From Azolla caroliniana (taxonomy: Eukaryota > Plantae > Polypodiophyta), in contig JBHGNT010000096.1 of assembly GCA_043228905.1 (NCBI GenBank), positions 28,335 through 92,334 on the forward strand: a DNA stretch of 64,000 nt, in the 5' to 3' direction. Made by a program: the position numbers and the translations under genes. Each line of letters starts with the position of its first letter. The first letter of the stretch is position 1. Shown here piece after piece: positions 1 to 15,000 of this stretch. Below the pieces are notes generated by a model. That model saw only the letters and a program-made list of their open reading frames with translations, had not been told where the DNA came from and did no database searches.

Positions 1-3000
1 CGAAATTACTAAATTTGAGGAGTGAGTTGAGAAGAGCCCTAGAGTGAATTAAAATGTTCATACCTGGCTCGTGTGATATCGGATTTTTGTGTTCAAACAT
101 GCGAATCGAAGCTAACAATGCTAGCTCTGATATGGAATTAAAAAATCAAGATTTTCAAACTCAGGTCGAGAGACATGACGAAATTAGCAAACATGAGGAG
201 GGAGTTGAGAGGAGCCCTTGAGTAAATGAAAATGTTCATACCTGGCTCGTGTGATATCGGATTTTTGTGTTCAAATATGCGAATCGAAGCTAACAACGCT
301 AGCTATGATATGGAGTTAAAAAATCAAGATTTTGAAACTCCGGTCGAGAGACATGACGAAATTACAAAATTTGAGTAGTGAGTTTAGAGGAGCCCTTGAG
401 TAAATGAAAATGTTCATACCTGGCTCGTGTGATATCGGATGTTTGCGTTCAAACATGCGAATCGAAGCTAACAATGCTAGCTATGATATGGAATTAAAAA
501 ATCAAGATTTTGAAACTCAGGTCGAGAGACATGAAGAAATTACCAAATTTGAATAGTCAGTTGAGAGGAGCCCTTGAGTAAATGAAAATGTTCATACCTA
601 GCTCGTGTAATATCGGATTTTTGTGTTCAAACATACGTATCGAAGCTAATAACGCTAGCTATGATATGGAGTAAAAAAATCAAGATTTTGAAACTCAGGT
701 CGAGAGACATGACAAAATTAGCAAGCATGAGGAGGGAGTTGAGAGGAGCCCTTGAGTAAATTAAAATGTTCATACCTGGCTTGTGTGATATCGGATTTTT
801 GTGTTCAAACATGCGAATCGAAGCTAACAACGCTAGCTACGATATGGAATTAAAAAATCAAGGTTTTGAAACGCAGGTCGAGAGACATAAAGAAATTACC
901 AAATTTGAGGAGTGAGTTTAGAGGAGCCCTTGAGTAAATGAAAATGTTCATACCTGGCTAGTGTAATATCGGATTTTTGTGTTCAAACATGCGAATCGAA
1001 GCTAATAACGCTAGCTATGATATGGAGTAAAAAAATCAAGATTTTGAAACTCAGGTCTAGAGACATGACGAAATTAGCAAACTTGAGGAGGGAGTTGAGA
1101 GGAGCCCTTGAGTAAATAAAAATGTTCATACCTGGATCGTATGATATGGAGTAAAAAAATCAAGATTTTGAAACTCAGGTCTAGAGACATGACGAAATTA
1201 ACAAACTTGAGGAGGGAGTTGAGAGGAGCCCATGAGTAAATAGAAATGTTCATACCTGGATCGTGTGATATCGGATTTTTGTGTTCAAACATGCGTATCG
1301 AAGCTAACAACGCTAGCTATGATATGGAATTAAAAAATCAAGATTTTGAAACTCAGGTCAAGAGACATGACGAAATTACCAAATTTGAGAAGTGAGTTGA
1401 GAGGAGCCCTTGAGTAAATGAAAATGTTCATACCTGGCTCGTGTAATATTGGATTTTTGTGTTCAAAGATGCGAATCGAAGCTAACAACGCTAGCTATGA
1501 TATGGAATTAAAAAATCAAGATTTTGAAACTCAGGTCGAGAGACATGATGAAATTACCAAATTTGAGGAGTGAGTTGAGAAGAGCTACGAGGTAAATTAA
1601 AATGTTCATACCTGGCTCGTGTGATATCGGATTTTTGTGTTCAAACATGCGAATCGAAGCTAACAACGCTAGCTATGATATGGAATTAAAAAATCATGAT
1701 TTTGAAATTCAGGTCGAGAGACATGACGAAATTAGCAAACTTGAGGAGGGAGTTGAGAGGAGCCCTTGACTAAATGAAAATGTTCATACCTGGCTCGTGT
1801 GATATCGGATTTTTGTGTTCAAACATGCGAATCGAAGCTAACAACGCTAGCTATGATATGGAATTAAAAAATGAAAATTTTGAAACTCAGGTCGAGAGAC
1901 ATGACGAAATTACCAAATTTGAGAAGTGAGTGGAGAAGAGCCCTGGAGTGAATTAAAATGTTCAGACCTGGCTCGTGTGATATCGGATTTTTGTGTTCAA
2001 ACATGCGAATCGAAGCTAACAACGCTAGCTACGATATGGAATTAAAAAATCAAGGTTTTGAAACGCAGGTCGAGAGACATAAAGAAATTACCAAATTTGA
2101 ATAGTGAGTTGAGAGGAGCCCTTGAGTAAATGAAAATGTTCATATCTGGCTAGTGTAATATCGGATTTTTGTGTTCAAACATGCGAATCGAAGCTAAGAA
2201 CGCTAGCTATGATATGGAATTAAAAAATGAAGATTTTGAAACTCAGGTCGAGAGACATTACGAAATTACCAAATTTGAGGAGTGAGTGGAGAAGAGCCTG
2301 GAGTGAATTAAAATGTTAAGACCTGGCTCGTGTGATATCGGATTTTTGTGTTCAAACATGCGAATCGAAGCTAACAACGCTAGCTATGATATGGAATTAA
2401 AAAATCAAGATTTTGAAACTCCGGTCGAGAGACATGAAGAAATTACCAAATTTGAGAAGTGAGTTTAGAGGAGCCCTTGAGTAAATGAAAATGTTCATAT
2501 CTAGCTCGTGTAATATCGGATTTTTGTGTTCAAACATACGTAGCGAAGCTAATAACGCTAGCTATGATATGGAGTAAAAAAATCAAGATTTTGAAACTCA
2601 GGTCTAGAGACATGACGAAATTACCAAATTTGAGGAGTGAGTTTAAAGGAGCCCTTGAGTAATTGAAAATGTTCATACCTGGCTCGTGTAATATCAGATT
2701 TTTGTGTTCAAACATGCGAATCGAAGCTAACAACGGTAGCTATGATATGGAGTTAAAAAATCAAGATTTTGAAACTCAGGTCGAGAGACATGACAAAATT
2801 AGCAAACATGAGGAGGGAGTTGAGAGGAGCCCTTGAGTAAATTAAAATGTTCATACCTGGCTCGTGTGATATCGGATTTTTGTGTTCAAACATGCGAATC
2901 GAACCTAACAACGCTAGCTATGATATGGAATTAAAAAATCAAGCTTTTTGAAACTTAGGTTGAGAGAAATGACGAAATTACCAAATTTGAGGAGTGAGTG

Positions 3001-6000
3001 GAGAAGAGCCCTGGAGTGAATTAAAATGTTCATACCTGGCTAGTGTAATATCGGATGTTTGTGTTCAAACATGCGAATCGAAGCTAACAACGCTAGCTAT
3101 GATATGGAATTAAAAAATGAAGATTTTGAAACTCAGGTCGAGAGACATGACGAAATTACCAAATTTGAGGAGTGAGTGGAGAAGAGCCCTGGAGTGAATT
3201 AAAATGTTCAGACCTGGCTCGTGTGATATCCGATTTTTGTGTTCAAACATGCGAATCGAAGCTAACAACGCTAGCTATGATATGGAGTTAAAAAATCAAG
3301 ATTTTGAAACTCCGGTCGAGAGACATGACGAAATTACAAAATTTGAGTAGTGAGTTTAGAGGAGCCCTTGAGTAAATGAAAATGTTCATACCTGGCTCGT
3401 GTGATATCGGATGTTTGCGTTCAAACATGCGAATCGAAGCTAACAATGCTAGCTATGATATGGAATTAAAAAATCAAGATTTTGAAACTCAGGTCGAGAG
3501 ACATGAAGAAATTACCAAATTTGAATAGTCAGTTGAGAGGAGCCCTTGAGTAAATGAAAATGTTCATACCTAGCTCGTGTAATATCGGATTTTTGTGTTC
3601 AAACATACGTATCGAAGCTAATAACGCTAGCTATGATATGGAGTAAAAAAATCAAGATTTTGAAACTCAGGTCGAGAGACATGACAAAATTAGCAAGCAT
3701 GAGGAGGGAGTTGAGAGGAGCCCTTGAGTAAATTAAAATGTTCATACCTGGCTTGTGTGATATCGGATTTTTGTGTTCAAACATGCGAATCGAAGCTAAC
3801 AACGCTAGCTACAATATGGAATTAGAAAATCAAGGTTTTGAAACGCAGGTCGAGAGACATAAAGAAATTACCAAATTTGAGGAGTGAGTTGAGAGGAGCC
3901 CTTGAGTAAATGAAAATGTTCATACCTAGCTCGTGTAATATCGGATTTTTGTGTTCAAACATACGTATCGAAGCTAATAACGCTAGCTATGATATGGGGT
4001 AAAAAAATCAAGATTTTGAAACTCAGGTCTAGAGACATGACGAAATTAGCAAACTTGAGGAGGGAGTTGAGAGGAGCCCTTGAGTAAATAAAAATGTTCA
4101 TACCTGGATCGTGTGATATCGGATTTTTGTGTTAAAACATGCGAATCGAAGCTAACAACGGTAGCTATGATATGGAATTAAAAAATCAAGATTTTGAAAC
4201 TCAGGTCGAGAGACATGACGAAATTACCAAATTTGAGAAGTGAGTTGAGAGGAGCCCTTGAGTAAATGAAAATGTTTATACCTGGCTCGTATAATATCGG
4301 ATATTTGTGTTCAAACATGCGAATCGAAGCTAACAACGCTAGCTATGATATGGAATTAAAAAATCAAGATTTTGAAACTCCGGTCGAGAGACATGACGAA
4401 ATTAGCAAACTTGAGGAGGGAGTTGAGAGGAGCCCTTGACTAAATGAAAATGTTCATACCTGGCTCGTGTGATATCGGATTTTTGTGTTCAAACATGCGA
4501 ATCGAAGCTAACAACGCTAGCTATGATATGGAGTTAAAAAATGAAGATTTTGAAACTCAGGTCGAGAGACATGAAGAAAGTACCAAATTTGAGGAGTGAG
4601 TTGAGAGGAGCCCTTGAGTAAATGAAAATGTTCATACCTAGCTCGTGTAATATCGGATTTTTGTGTTCAAACATACGTATCGAAGCTAATAACGCTAGCT
4701 ATGATATGGAGTAATAAAATCAAGATTTTGAAACTCAGGTCTAGAGACATGACGAAATTAGCAAACTTGAGGAGGGAGTTAAGAGGAGCCCTTGAGTAAA
4801 TGAAAATGTTCATACCTGGCTCGTGTAATATCGGATTTTTGTGTTCAAACATGCGAATCGAAGCTAACAGCGCTAGCTATGATATGGAGTTAAAAAATGA
4901 AGATTTTGAAACTCAGGTCGAGAGACATGACGAAATTACCAAATTTGAGGAGTGAGTTGAGAGAAGCCCTTGAGTAAATTAAAATGTTCATATCTGGCTC
5001 GTGAGATATCGGATTTTTGTGTTCAAACATGCGAATCGAAGATAACAACGCTAGCGATGATATGGAATTAAAAAATCAAGATTTTTGAAACTCAGGTCGA
5101 GAGAAATGACGAAATTACTAAATTTGAGGAGTGAGTGGAGAAGAGCCCTGGAGTGAATTGAAATGTTTAGACCTCGCTCGTGTGATATCGTATTTTTGTG
5201 TTCAAACATACGAATGGAAGCTAACAATGCTAGCTATGATATGGAATTAAAAAATCAAAATTTTGAAACTCAGGTCGAGAGACATGAAGAAATTACCAAA
5301 TTTGAGGTGTGAGTTTAGAGGAGCCCTTGAATTAATGAAAATGTTCATACCTGGCTCGTGTAATATCGGATTTTTGTGTTCAAACATGCGAATCGAAGCT
5401 AACAACGCTAGCTATGATATGGAGTAAAAAAATCAAGAGTTTGAAACTCAGGTCTAGAGACATGACGAAATTAGCAAACTTGAGGAGGGAGTTGAGAGGA
5501 GCCCTTCAGTAAATGAAAATGTTCATACCTGGCTCGTGTAATATCGGATTTTTGTGTTCAAACATGCGAATCGAAGCTAACAACGCTAGCTATGATATGT
5601 AGTTAAAAAATGAAGATTTTGAAACTCAGGTCGAGAGACATGAAGAAATTACCAAATTTGAGGAGTGAGTTGAGAGGAGCCCTTGAGTAAATGAAAATGT
5701 TCATACCTGGCTCGTGTAATATCGGATTTTTGTGTTCAAACATGCGAATCGAAGCAAACAACGCTAGCTATGATATGGGGTTAAAAAATCAAGATTTTGA
5801 AACTCAGGTCGAGAGACATGACGAAATTAGCAAACATGAGAAGGGAGTTGAGAGGAGCCCTTAACTAAATGAAAATGTTCATACCTGGCTCGTGTGATAT
5901 CGGATTTTTGTGTTCAAACATGCGAATCGAAGCTAACAACGCTAGCTATGATATGGAGTTAAAAAATGAAGATTTTGAAACTCAGGTCGAGAGACATGAA

Positions 6001-9000
6001 GAAATTACCAAATTTGAATAGTCAGTTGAGAGGAGCCCTTGAGTAAATGAAAATGTTCATACCTAGCTCGTCTAATATCGGATTTTTGTGTTCAAACATA
6101 CGTATCGAAGCTAATAACGCTAGCTATGATATGGAGTAAAAAAATCAAGATTTTGAAACTCAGGTCTAGAGACATGACGAAATTAGCAAACTTGAGGAGG
6201 GAGTTGAGAGGAGCCCTTGAGTAAATGAAAATGTTCATACCTGGCTCGTGTAATATCGGATTTTTGTGTTCAAACATGCGAATCGAAGCTAACAACGCTA
6301 GCTATGATATGGAGTTAAAAAATGAAGATTTTGAAACTCAGGTCGAGAGACATGAAGAAATTACCAAATTTGAGGAGTGAGTTGAGAGGAGCCCTTGAGT
6401 AAATGAAAATGTTCATACCTGGCTCGTGTAATATCGGATATTTGTGTTCAAACATGCGAATCGAAGCTAACAACGCTAGCTATGATATGGAGTTAAAAAA
6501 TCAAGATTTTGTAACTCAGGTCTAGAGACATGACGAAATTAGCAAACATGAGGAGGGAGTTGAGAGGAGCCCTTGAGTAAATAAAAATGTTCATACCTGG
6601 ATCGTGTGATATCGGATTTTTGTGTTCAAACATGCGAATCGAAGCTAACAACGCTAGCTATGATATGGAATTAAAAAATGAAGATTTTGAAACTCAGGTC
6701 GAGAGACATGACGAAATTACCAAATTTGAGGAGTGAGTTGAGAGGAGCCCTTGAGTAACTGAAAATGTTCAGACCTGGCTCGTGTGATATCGGATGTTTG
6801 TGTTCAAACATGCGAATCGAAGCTAACAACGGTAGCTATGATATGGAATTAAAAAATCAAGATTTTGAAACTCCGGTCGAGAGACATGACGAAATTAGCA
6901 AACTTGAGGAGGGAGTTGAGAGGAGCCCTTGACTAAATGAAAATGTTCATACCTTGCTCGTGTGATATCGGATTTTTGTGTTCAAACATGCGAATCGAAG
7001 CTAACAACGCTAGCTATGATATGGAGTTAAAAAATGAAGATTTTGAAACTCAGGTCGAGAGACATGAAGAAAGTACCAAATTTGAGGAGTGAGTTGAGAG
7101 GAGCCCTTGAGTAAATCAAAATGTTCATACCTAGCTCGTGTAATATCGGATTTTTGTGTTCAAACATACGTATCGAAGCTAATAACGCTAGCTATGATAT
7201 GGAGTAAAAAAATCAAGATTTTGAAACTCAGGTCTAGAGACATGACGAAATTAGCAAACTTGAGGAGGGAGTTAAGAGGAGCCCTTGAGCAAATGAAAAT
7301 GTTCATACCTGGCTCGTGTAATATCGGATTTTTGTGTTCAAACATGCGAATCGAAGCTAACAACGCTAGCTATGATATGGAGTTAAAAAATGAAGATTTT
7401 GAAACTCAGGTCGAGAGACATGACGAAATTACCAAATTTGAGGAGTGAGTTGAGAGAAGCCCTTGAGTAAATTAAAATGTTCATATCTGGCTCGAGAGAT
7501 ATCGGATTTTTGTGTTCAAACATGCGAATCGAAGATAACAACGCTAGCGATGATATGGAATTAAAAAATCAAGATTTTTGAAACTCAGGTCGAGAGAAAT
7601 GACGAAATTACTAAATTTGAGGAGTGAGTGGAGAAGAGCCCTGGAGTGAATTGAAATGTTTAGACCTCGCTCGTGTGATATCGGATTTTTGTGTTCAAAC
7701 ATACGAATGGAAGCTAACAATGCTAGCTATGATATGGAATTAAAAAATCAAAATTTTGAAACTCAGGTCGAGAGACATGAAGAAATTACCAAATTTGAGG
7801 AGTGAGTTTAGAGGAGCCCTTGAATTAATGAAAATGTTCATACCTGGCTCGTGTAATATCGGATTTTTGTGTTCAAACATGCGAATCGAAGCTAACAACA
7901 CTAGCTATGATATGGAATTAAAAAATCAAGATTTTGAAACTCAGGTCGGGAGACATGACGAAATTACCAAATTTGAGTAGTGAGTTGAGAGGAGCCCTTG
8001 AGTAAATGAAAATGTTCATACCTGGCTCGTGTAATATCGGATTTTTGTGTTTAAACATGCGAATCGAAGCAAACAACGCTAGCTATGATATGGGGTTAAA
8101 GAATCAAGATTTTGAAACTCAGGTCGAGAGACATGACGAAATTAGCAAACATGAGAAGGGAGTTGAGAGGAGCCCTTAACTAAATGAAAATGTTCATACC
8201 TGGCTCGTGTGATATCGGATTTTTGTGTTCAAACATGCGAATCGAAGCTAACAACGCTAGCTATGATATGGAGTTAAAAAATGAAGATTTTGAAACTCAG
8301 GTCGAGAGACATGAAGAAATTACCAAATTTGAATAGTCAGTTGAGAGGAGCCCTTGAGTAAATGAAAATGAAAATGTTCATACCTAGCTCGTCTAATATC
8401 GGATTTTTGTGTTCAAACATACGTATCGAAGCTAATAACGCTAGCTATGATATGGAGTAAAAAAATCAAGATTTTGAAACTCAGGTCTAGAGACATGACG
8501 AAATTAGCAAACTTGAGGAGGGAGTTGAGAGGAGCCCTTGAGTAAATGAAAATGTTCATACCTGGCTCGTGTAATATCGGATTTTTGTGTTCAAACATGC
8601 GAATCGAAGCTAACAACGCTAGCTATGATATGGAGTTAAAAAATGAAGATTTTGAAACTCAGGTCGAGAGACATGAAGAAATTACCGAATTTGAGGAGTG
8701 AGTTGAGAGGAGCCCTTGAGTAAATGAAAATGTTCATACCTGGCTCGTGTAATATCGGATATTTGTGTTCAAACATGCGAATCGAAGCTAACAACGCTAG
8801 CTATGATATGGAGTTAAAAAATCAAGATTTTGTAACTCAGGTCTAGAGACATGACGAAATTAGCAAACATGAGGAGGGAGTTGAGAGGAGCCCTTGAGTA
8901 AATAAAAATGTTCATACCTGGATCGTGTGATATCGGATTTTTGTGTTCAAACATGCGAATCGAAGCTAACAACGCTAGCTATGATATGGAATTAAAAAAT

Positions 9001-12000
9001 GAAGATTTTGAAACTCAGGTCGAGAGACATGAAGAAATTACCAAATTTGAGGAGTGAGTTGAGAGGAGCCCTTGAGTAACTGAAAATGTTCATACCTAGC
9101 TCGTGTAATATCGGATTTTTGTGTTCAAACATACGTATCGAAGCTAATAACGCTAGCTATGATATGGAGTAAAAAAATCAAGATTTTGAAACTCAGGTCT
9201 AGAGACATGACGAAATTAGCAAACTTGAGGAGGGAGTTGAGAGGAGCCCTTGAGTAAATAAAAATGTTCATACCTGGATCGTGTGATATCGGATTTTTGT
9301 GTTAAAACATGCGAATCGAAGCTAACAACGGTAGCTATGATATGGAAATTAAAAAATCAAGATTTTGAAACTCAGGTCGAGAGACATGACGAAATTACCA
9401 AATTTGAGGAGTGAGTTGAGAGGATCCCTTGAGTAAATGAAAATGTTCATACCTGGCTCGTGTAATATTGGATTTTTGTGTTCAAAGATGCGAATCGAAG
9501 CTAACAACGCTAGCTATGATATGGAATTAAAAAATCAAGATTTTGAAACTCAGGTCGAGAGACATGATGAAATTACCAAATTTGAGGAGTGAGTTGAGAA
9601 GAGCTACGAGGTAAATTAAAATGTTCATACCTGGCTCGTGTGATATCGGATTTTTGTGTTCAAACATGCGAATCGAAGCTAACAACGCTAGCTATGATAT
9701 GGAATTAAAAAATCAAGATTTTGAAACTCAGGTCGAGAGACATGAAGAAATTACCAAATTTGAATAGTCAGTTGAGAGGAGCCCTTGAGTAAATGAAAAT
9801 GTTCAAACCTAGCTCGTGTAATATAGGATTTTTGTGTTCAAACATACGTATCGAAGCTAATAACGCTAGCTATGATATGGAGTAAAAATATCAAGATTTT
9901 GAAACTCTGGTCGAGAGACATGACGAAATTACCAAATTTGAGGAGTGAGTTGAGAGGAGCCCTTGAGTAAATAAAAATGTTCATACCTGGATCGTGTGAT
10001 ATCGGATTTTTGTGTTCAAACATGCGAATCGAAGCTAACAACGCTAGCTATGATATGGAGTTAAAAAATGAAGATTTTGAAACTCAGGTCGAGAGACATG
10101 ACGAAATTACCAAATTTGAGGAGTGAGTTGAGAGAAGCCCTTGAGTAAATTAAAATGTTCATATCTGGCTCGAGAGATATCGGATTTTTGTGTTCAAACA
10201 TGCGAATCGAAGATAACAACGCTAGCGATGATATGGAATTAAAAAATCAAGATTTTTGAAACTCAGGTCGAGAGAAATGACGAAATTACTAAATTTGAGG
10301 AGTGAGTGGAGAAGAGCCCTGGAGTGAATTGAAATGTTTAGACCTCGCTCGTGTGATATCGGATTTTTGTGTTCAAACATACGAATGGAAGCTAACAATG
10401 CTAGCTATGATATGGAATTAAAAAATCAAAATTTTGAAACTCAGGTCGAGAGACATGAAGAAATTACCAAATTTGAGGAGTGAGTTTAGAGGAGCCCTTG
10501 AATTAATGAAAATGTTCATACCTGGCTCGTGTAATATCGGATTTTTGTGTTCAAACATGCGAATCGAAGCTAACAACACTAGCTATGATATGGAATTAAA
10601 AAATCAAGATTTTGAAACTCAGGTCGGGAGACATGACGAAATTGCCAAATTTGAGTAGTGAGTTGAGAGGAGCCCTTGAGTAAATGAAAATGTTCATACC
10701 TGGCTCGTGTGATATCGGATTTTTGTGTTCAAACATGCGAATCGAAGCTAACAACGCTAGCTATGATATGGAATTAAAAAATGAAGATTTTGAAACTCAG
10801 GTCGAGAGACATGACGAAATTACCAAATTTGAGGAGTGAGTTGAGAGGAGCCCTTGAGTAAATGAAAATGTTCATACCTGGCTCGTGTGATATCGGATGT
10901 TTGTGTTGAAACATGCGAATCGAAGCTAACAACGGTAGCTATGATATGGAATTAAAAAATCAAGATTTTGAAACTCAGGTCGAGAGACATGACGAAATTA
11001 CCAAATTTGAGGAGTGAGTTGAGAGGAGCCCTTGAGTAAATGAAAATGTTCATACCTAGCTCGTGTAATATCGGATTTTTGTGTTCAAACATACGTATCG
11101 AAGCTAATAACGCTAGCTATGATATGGACTAAAAAAATCAAGATTTTGAAACTCAGGTCTAGAGACATGACGAAATGACCAAACATGAGGGGGGAGTTGA
11201 GAGGAGCCCTTGAGTAAATGAAAATGTTCATACCTGGGTCGTGTAATATTGGATTTTTGTGTTCAAAGATGCGAATCGAAGCTAACAACGCTAGCTATGA
11301 TATGGAATTAAAAAATCAAGATTTTGACACTCAGGTCGAGAGACATGATGAAATTACCAAATTTGAGGAGTGAGTTGAGAAGAGCTACGAGGTAAATTAA
11401 AATGTTTATACCTGGCTCGTGTGATATCGGATTTTTGTGTTCAAACATGCGAATCGAAGCTAACAACGCTAGCTATGATATGGAATTAAAAAATCAAGAT
11501 TTTGAAACTCAGGTCGAGAGATATGAAGAAATTACCAAATTTGAATAGTCAGTTGAGAGGAGCCCTTGAGTAAATGAAAATGTTCAAACCTAGCTCGTGT
11601 AATATCGGATTTTTGTGTTCAAACATACGTATCGAAGCTAATAACGCTAGCTATGATATGGAGTAAAAATATCAAGATTTTGAAACTCAGGTCTAGAGAC
11701 ATGAAGAAATTTTTAAATTTGAGGAGGGACTTGAGAGGAGCCCTTGAGTAAATAAAAATGTTCATACCTGGTTCGTGTGATATCGGATTTTTGTGTTCAA
11801 ACATGCGAATCGAAGCTAACAACGCTAGCTATGATATGGAATTAAAAAATGAAGATTTTGAAACTCAGGTCGAGAGACATGACGAAATTACCAAATTTGA
11901 GGAGTGAGTTGAGAGGAGCCCTTGAGTAAATGAAAATGTTCATACCTGGCTCGTGTGATATCGGATGTTTGTGTTCAAACATGCGAATCGAAGCTAACAA

Positions 12001-15000
12001 CGGTAGCTATGATATGGAATTAAAAAATCAAGATTTTGAAACTCAGGTCGAGAGACATGACGAAATTACCCAATTTGAGGAGTGAGTTGAGAGGAGCCCT
12101 TGAGTAAATGAAAATGTTCATACCTAGCTCGTGTAATATCGGATTTTTATGTTCAAACATACGTATCGAAGCTAATAACGCTAGCTATGATATGGACTAA
12201 AAAAATCAAGATTTTGAAAGTCAGGTCTAGAGACATGACGAAATTAGCAAACTTGAGGAGGGAGTTGAGAGGAGCCCTTCAGTAAATGAAAATGTTCATA
12301 CCTGGCTCGTGTAATATCGGATTTTTGTGTTCAAACATGCGAATCGCAGCTAACAACGGTAACTATGATATGGAGTAATAAAATCAAGATTTTGAAACTC
12401 AGGTCAAGAGACATGACGAAATTAGCAAACTTGAGGAGGGAGTTGAGAGGAGCCCTTGAGTAAATAAAAATGTTCATACCTGGCTCGTGTGATATCGGAT
12501 TTTTGTGTTCAAACATGCGAATCGAAGCTAACAACGGTAGCTATGATATGGAATTAGAAAATGAAGATTTTGAAACTCAGGTCGAGAGACATGACGAAAT
12601 TACCAAATTTGAGAAGTGAGTTGAGAGGAGCCCTTGAGTAAATGAAAATGTTCATACCTGGCTCGTGTGATATCGGATGTTTGTGTTCAAACATGCGAAT
12701 CGAAGCTAACAACGGTAGCTATGATATGGAATTAAAAAATCAAGATTTTGAAACTCAGGTCGAGAGACATGACGAAATTACCAAATTTGAGGAGTGAGTT
12801 GAGAGGAGCCCTTGAGTAAATGAAAATGTTCATACCTAGCTCGTGTAATATCGGATTTTTGTGTTCAAACATACGTATCGAAGCTAATAACGCTAGCTAT
12901 GATATGGACTAAAAAAATCAAGATTTTGAAACTCAGGTCTAGAGACATGACGAAATTAGCAAACTTGAGGAGGGAGTTGAGAGGAGCCCTTGAGTAAATA
13001 AAAATGTTCATACCTGGATCGTGTGATATCGGATTTTTGTGTTCAAACATGCGAATCGAAGCTCACAACGGTAGCTATGATATGGAATTAAAAAATCAAG
13101 ATTTTGAAACTCAGGTCGAGAGACATGACGAAATTACCAAATTTGAGGAGTGAGTTGAGAGGAGCCCTTGAGTAAATGAAAATGTTCATACCTGGGTCGT
13201 GTAATATTGGATTTTTGTGTTCAAAGATGCGAATCGAAGCTAACAACGCTAGCTATGATATGGAATTAAAAAATCAAGATTTTGAAACTCAGGTCGAGAG
13301 ACATGATGAAATTACCAAATTTGAGGAGTGAGTTGAGAAGAGCTACGAGGTAAATTAAAATGTTCATACCTGGCTCGTGTGATATCGGATTTTTGTGTTC
13401 AAACATGCGAATCAAAGCTAACAACGCTAGCTATGATATGGAATTAAAAAATCAAGATTTTTGAATCTCAGGTCAAGAGAAATAACGAAATTACCAAATT
13501 TGAGAAGTGAGTTGAGAGGAGCCCTTGAGTAAATTAAAATGTTCATACCTGGCTCGTCTGATATCGGATGTTTGTGTTCAAACATGCGAATCGAAGCTAA
13601 CAACGCTAGCTATGATATGGAATTAAAAAATCAAGATTTTGAAACTCCGGTCGAGAGACATGACGAAATTAGCAATCTTGAGGAGGGAGTTGAGAGGAGC
13701 CCTTGAGTAAATAAAAATGTTCATACCTGGATCGTGTGATATCGGATTTTTGTGTTCAAACATACGTATCGAAGCTAATAACGCTAGCTATTATATGGAA
13801 TTAAAAAATCAAGATTTTGAAACTCAGGTCGAGAGACATGATGAAATTACCAAATTTGAGGAGTGAGTTGAGAGGAGCCCTTGAGTAAATGAAAATGTTC
13901 ATACCTGGTTCGTGTAATATCGGATTTTTGTGTTCAAACATGCGAATCGAAGCTAACAACGCTAGCTATGATATGGAATTAAAAAATCAAGATTTTGAAA
14001 CTCAGGTCGAGAGACATGACGAAATTACCAAATTTGAGGAGTGAGTTGAGAGGAGCCCTTGAGTAAATAAAAATGTTCATACCTGGATCGTGTGATATCG
14101 GATTTTTGTGTTCAAACATGCGAATCGAAGCTAACAACGGTAGCTATGATATGGAATTAAAAAATCAAGATTTTGAAACTCAGGTCGAGAGACATGACGA
14201 AATTACCAAATTTGAGGAGTGAGTTGAGAGGAGCCCTTGAGTAAATGAAAATGTTCATACCTGGCTCGTGTAATATTGGATTTTTGCGTTCAAAGATGCG
14301 AATCGAAGCTAACAACGCTAGCTATGATATGGAATTAAAAAATCAAGATTTTGAAACTCAGGTCGAGAGACATGATGAAATTACCAAATTTGAGGAGTGA
14401 GTTGAGAAGAGCTACGAGGTAAATTAAAATGTTCATACCTGGCTCGTGTGATATCGGATTTTGGTGTTCAAACATGCGAATCGAAGCTAACAACGCTAGC
14501 TATGATATGGAATTAAAAAATCAAGATTTTTGAATCTCAGGTCGAGAGAAATAACGAAATTACCAAATTTGAGAAGTGAGTTGAGAGGAGCCCTTGAGTA
14601 AATTAAAATGTTCATACCTGGCTCGTCTGATATCGGATGTTTTTGTTCAAACATGCGAATCGAAGCTAACAACGCTAGCTATGATATGGAATTAAAAAAT
14701 CACGATTTTGAAACTCCGGTCGAGAGACATGACGAAATTAGCAAACTTGAGGAGGGAGTTGAGAGGAGCCCTTGAGTAAATGAAAATGTTCATACCTGGA
14801 TCGTGTGATATCGGATTTTTGTGTTCAAACATGCGAATCGAAGCTAACAACGGTAGCTATGATATGGAATTAAAAAATCAAGATTTTGAAACTCGGGTCG
14901 AGACACATGACGAAATTACCAAACATGAGGGGGGAGTTGAGAGGAGCCCTTGAGTAAATGAAAATGTTCATACCTGGCTCGTGTAATATCGGATTTTTGT

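Noticed and set aside
8360-8380. 6-bp duplication GAAAATGAAAATG as an excision footprint
   Set aside because: A simple slippage event suffices, although it lies at the same GAAAAT used at the element's right junction.
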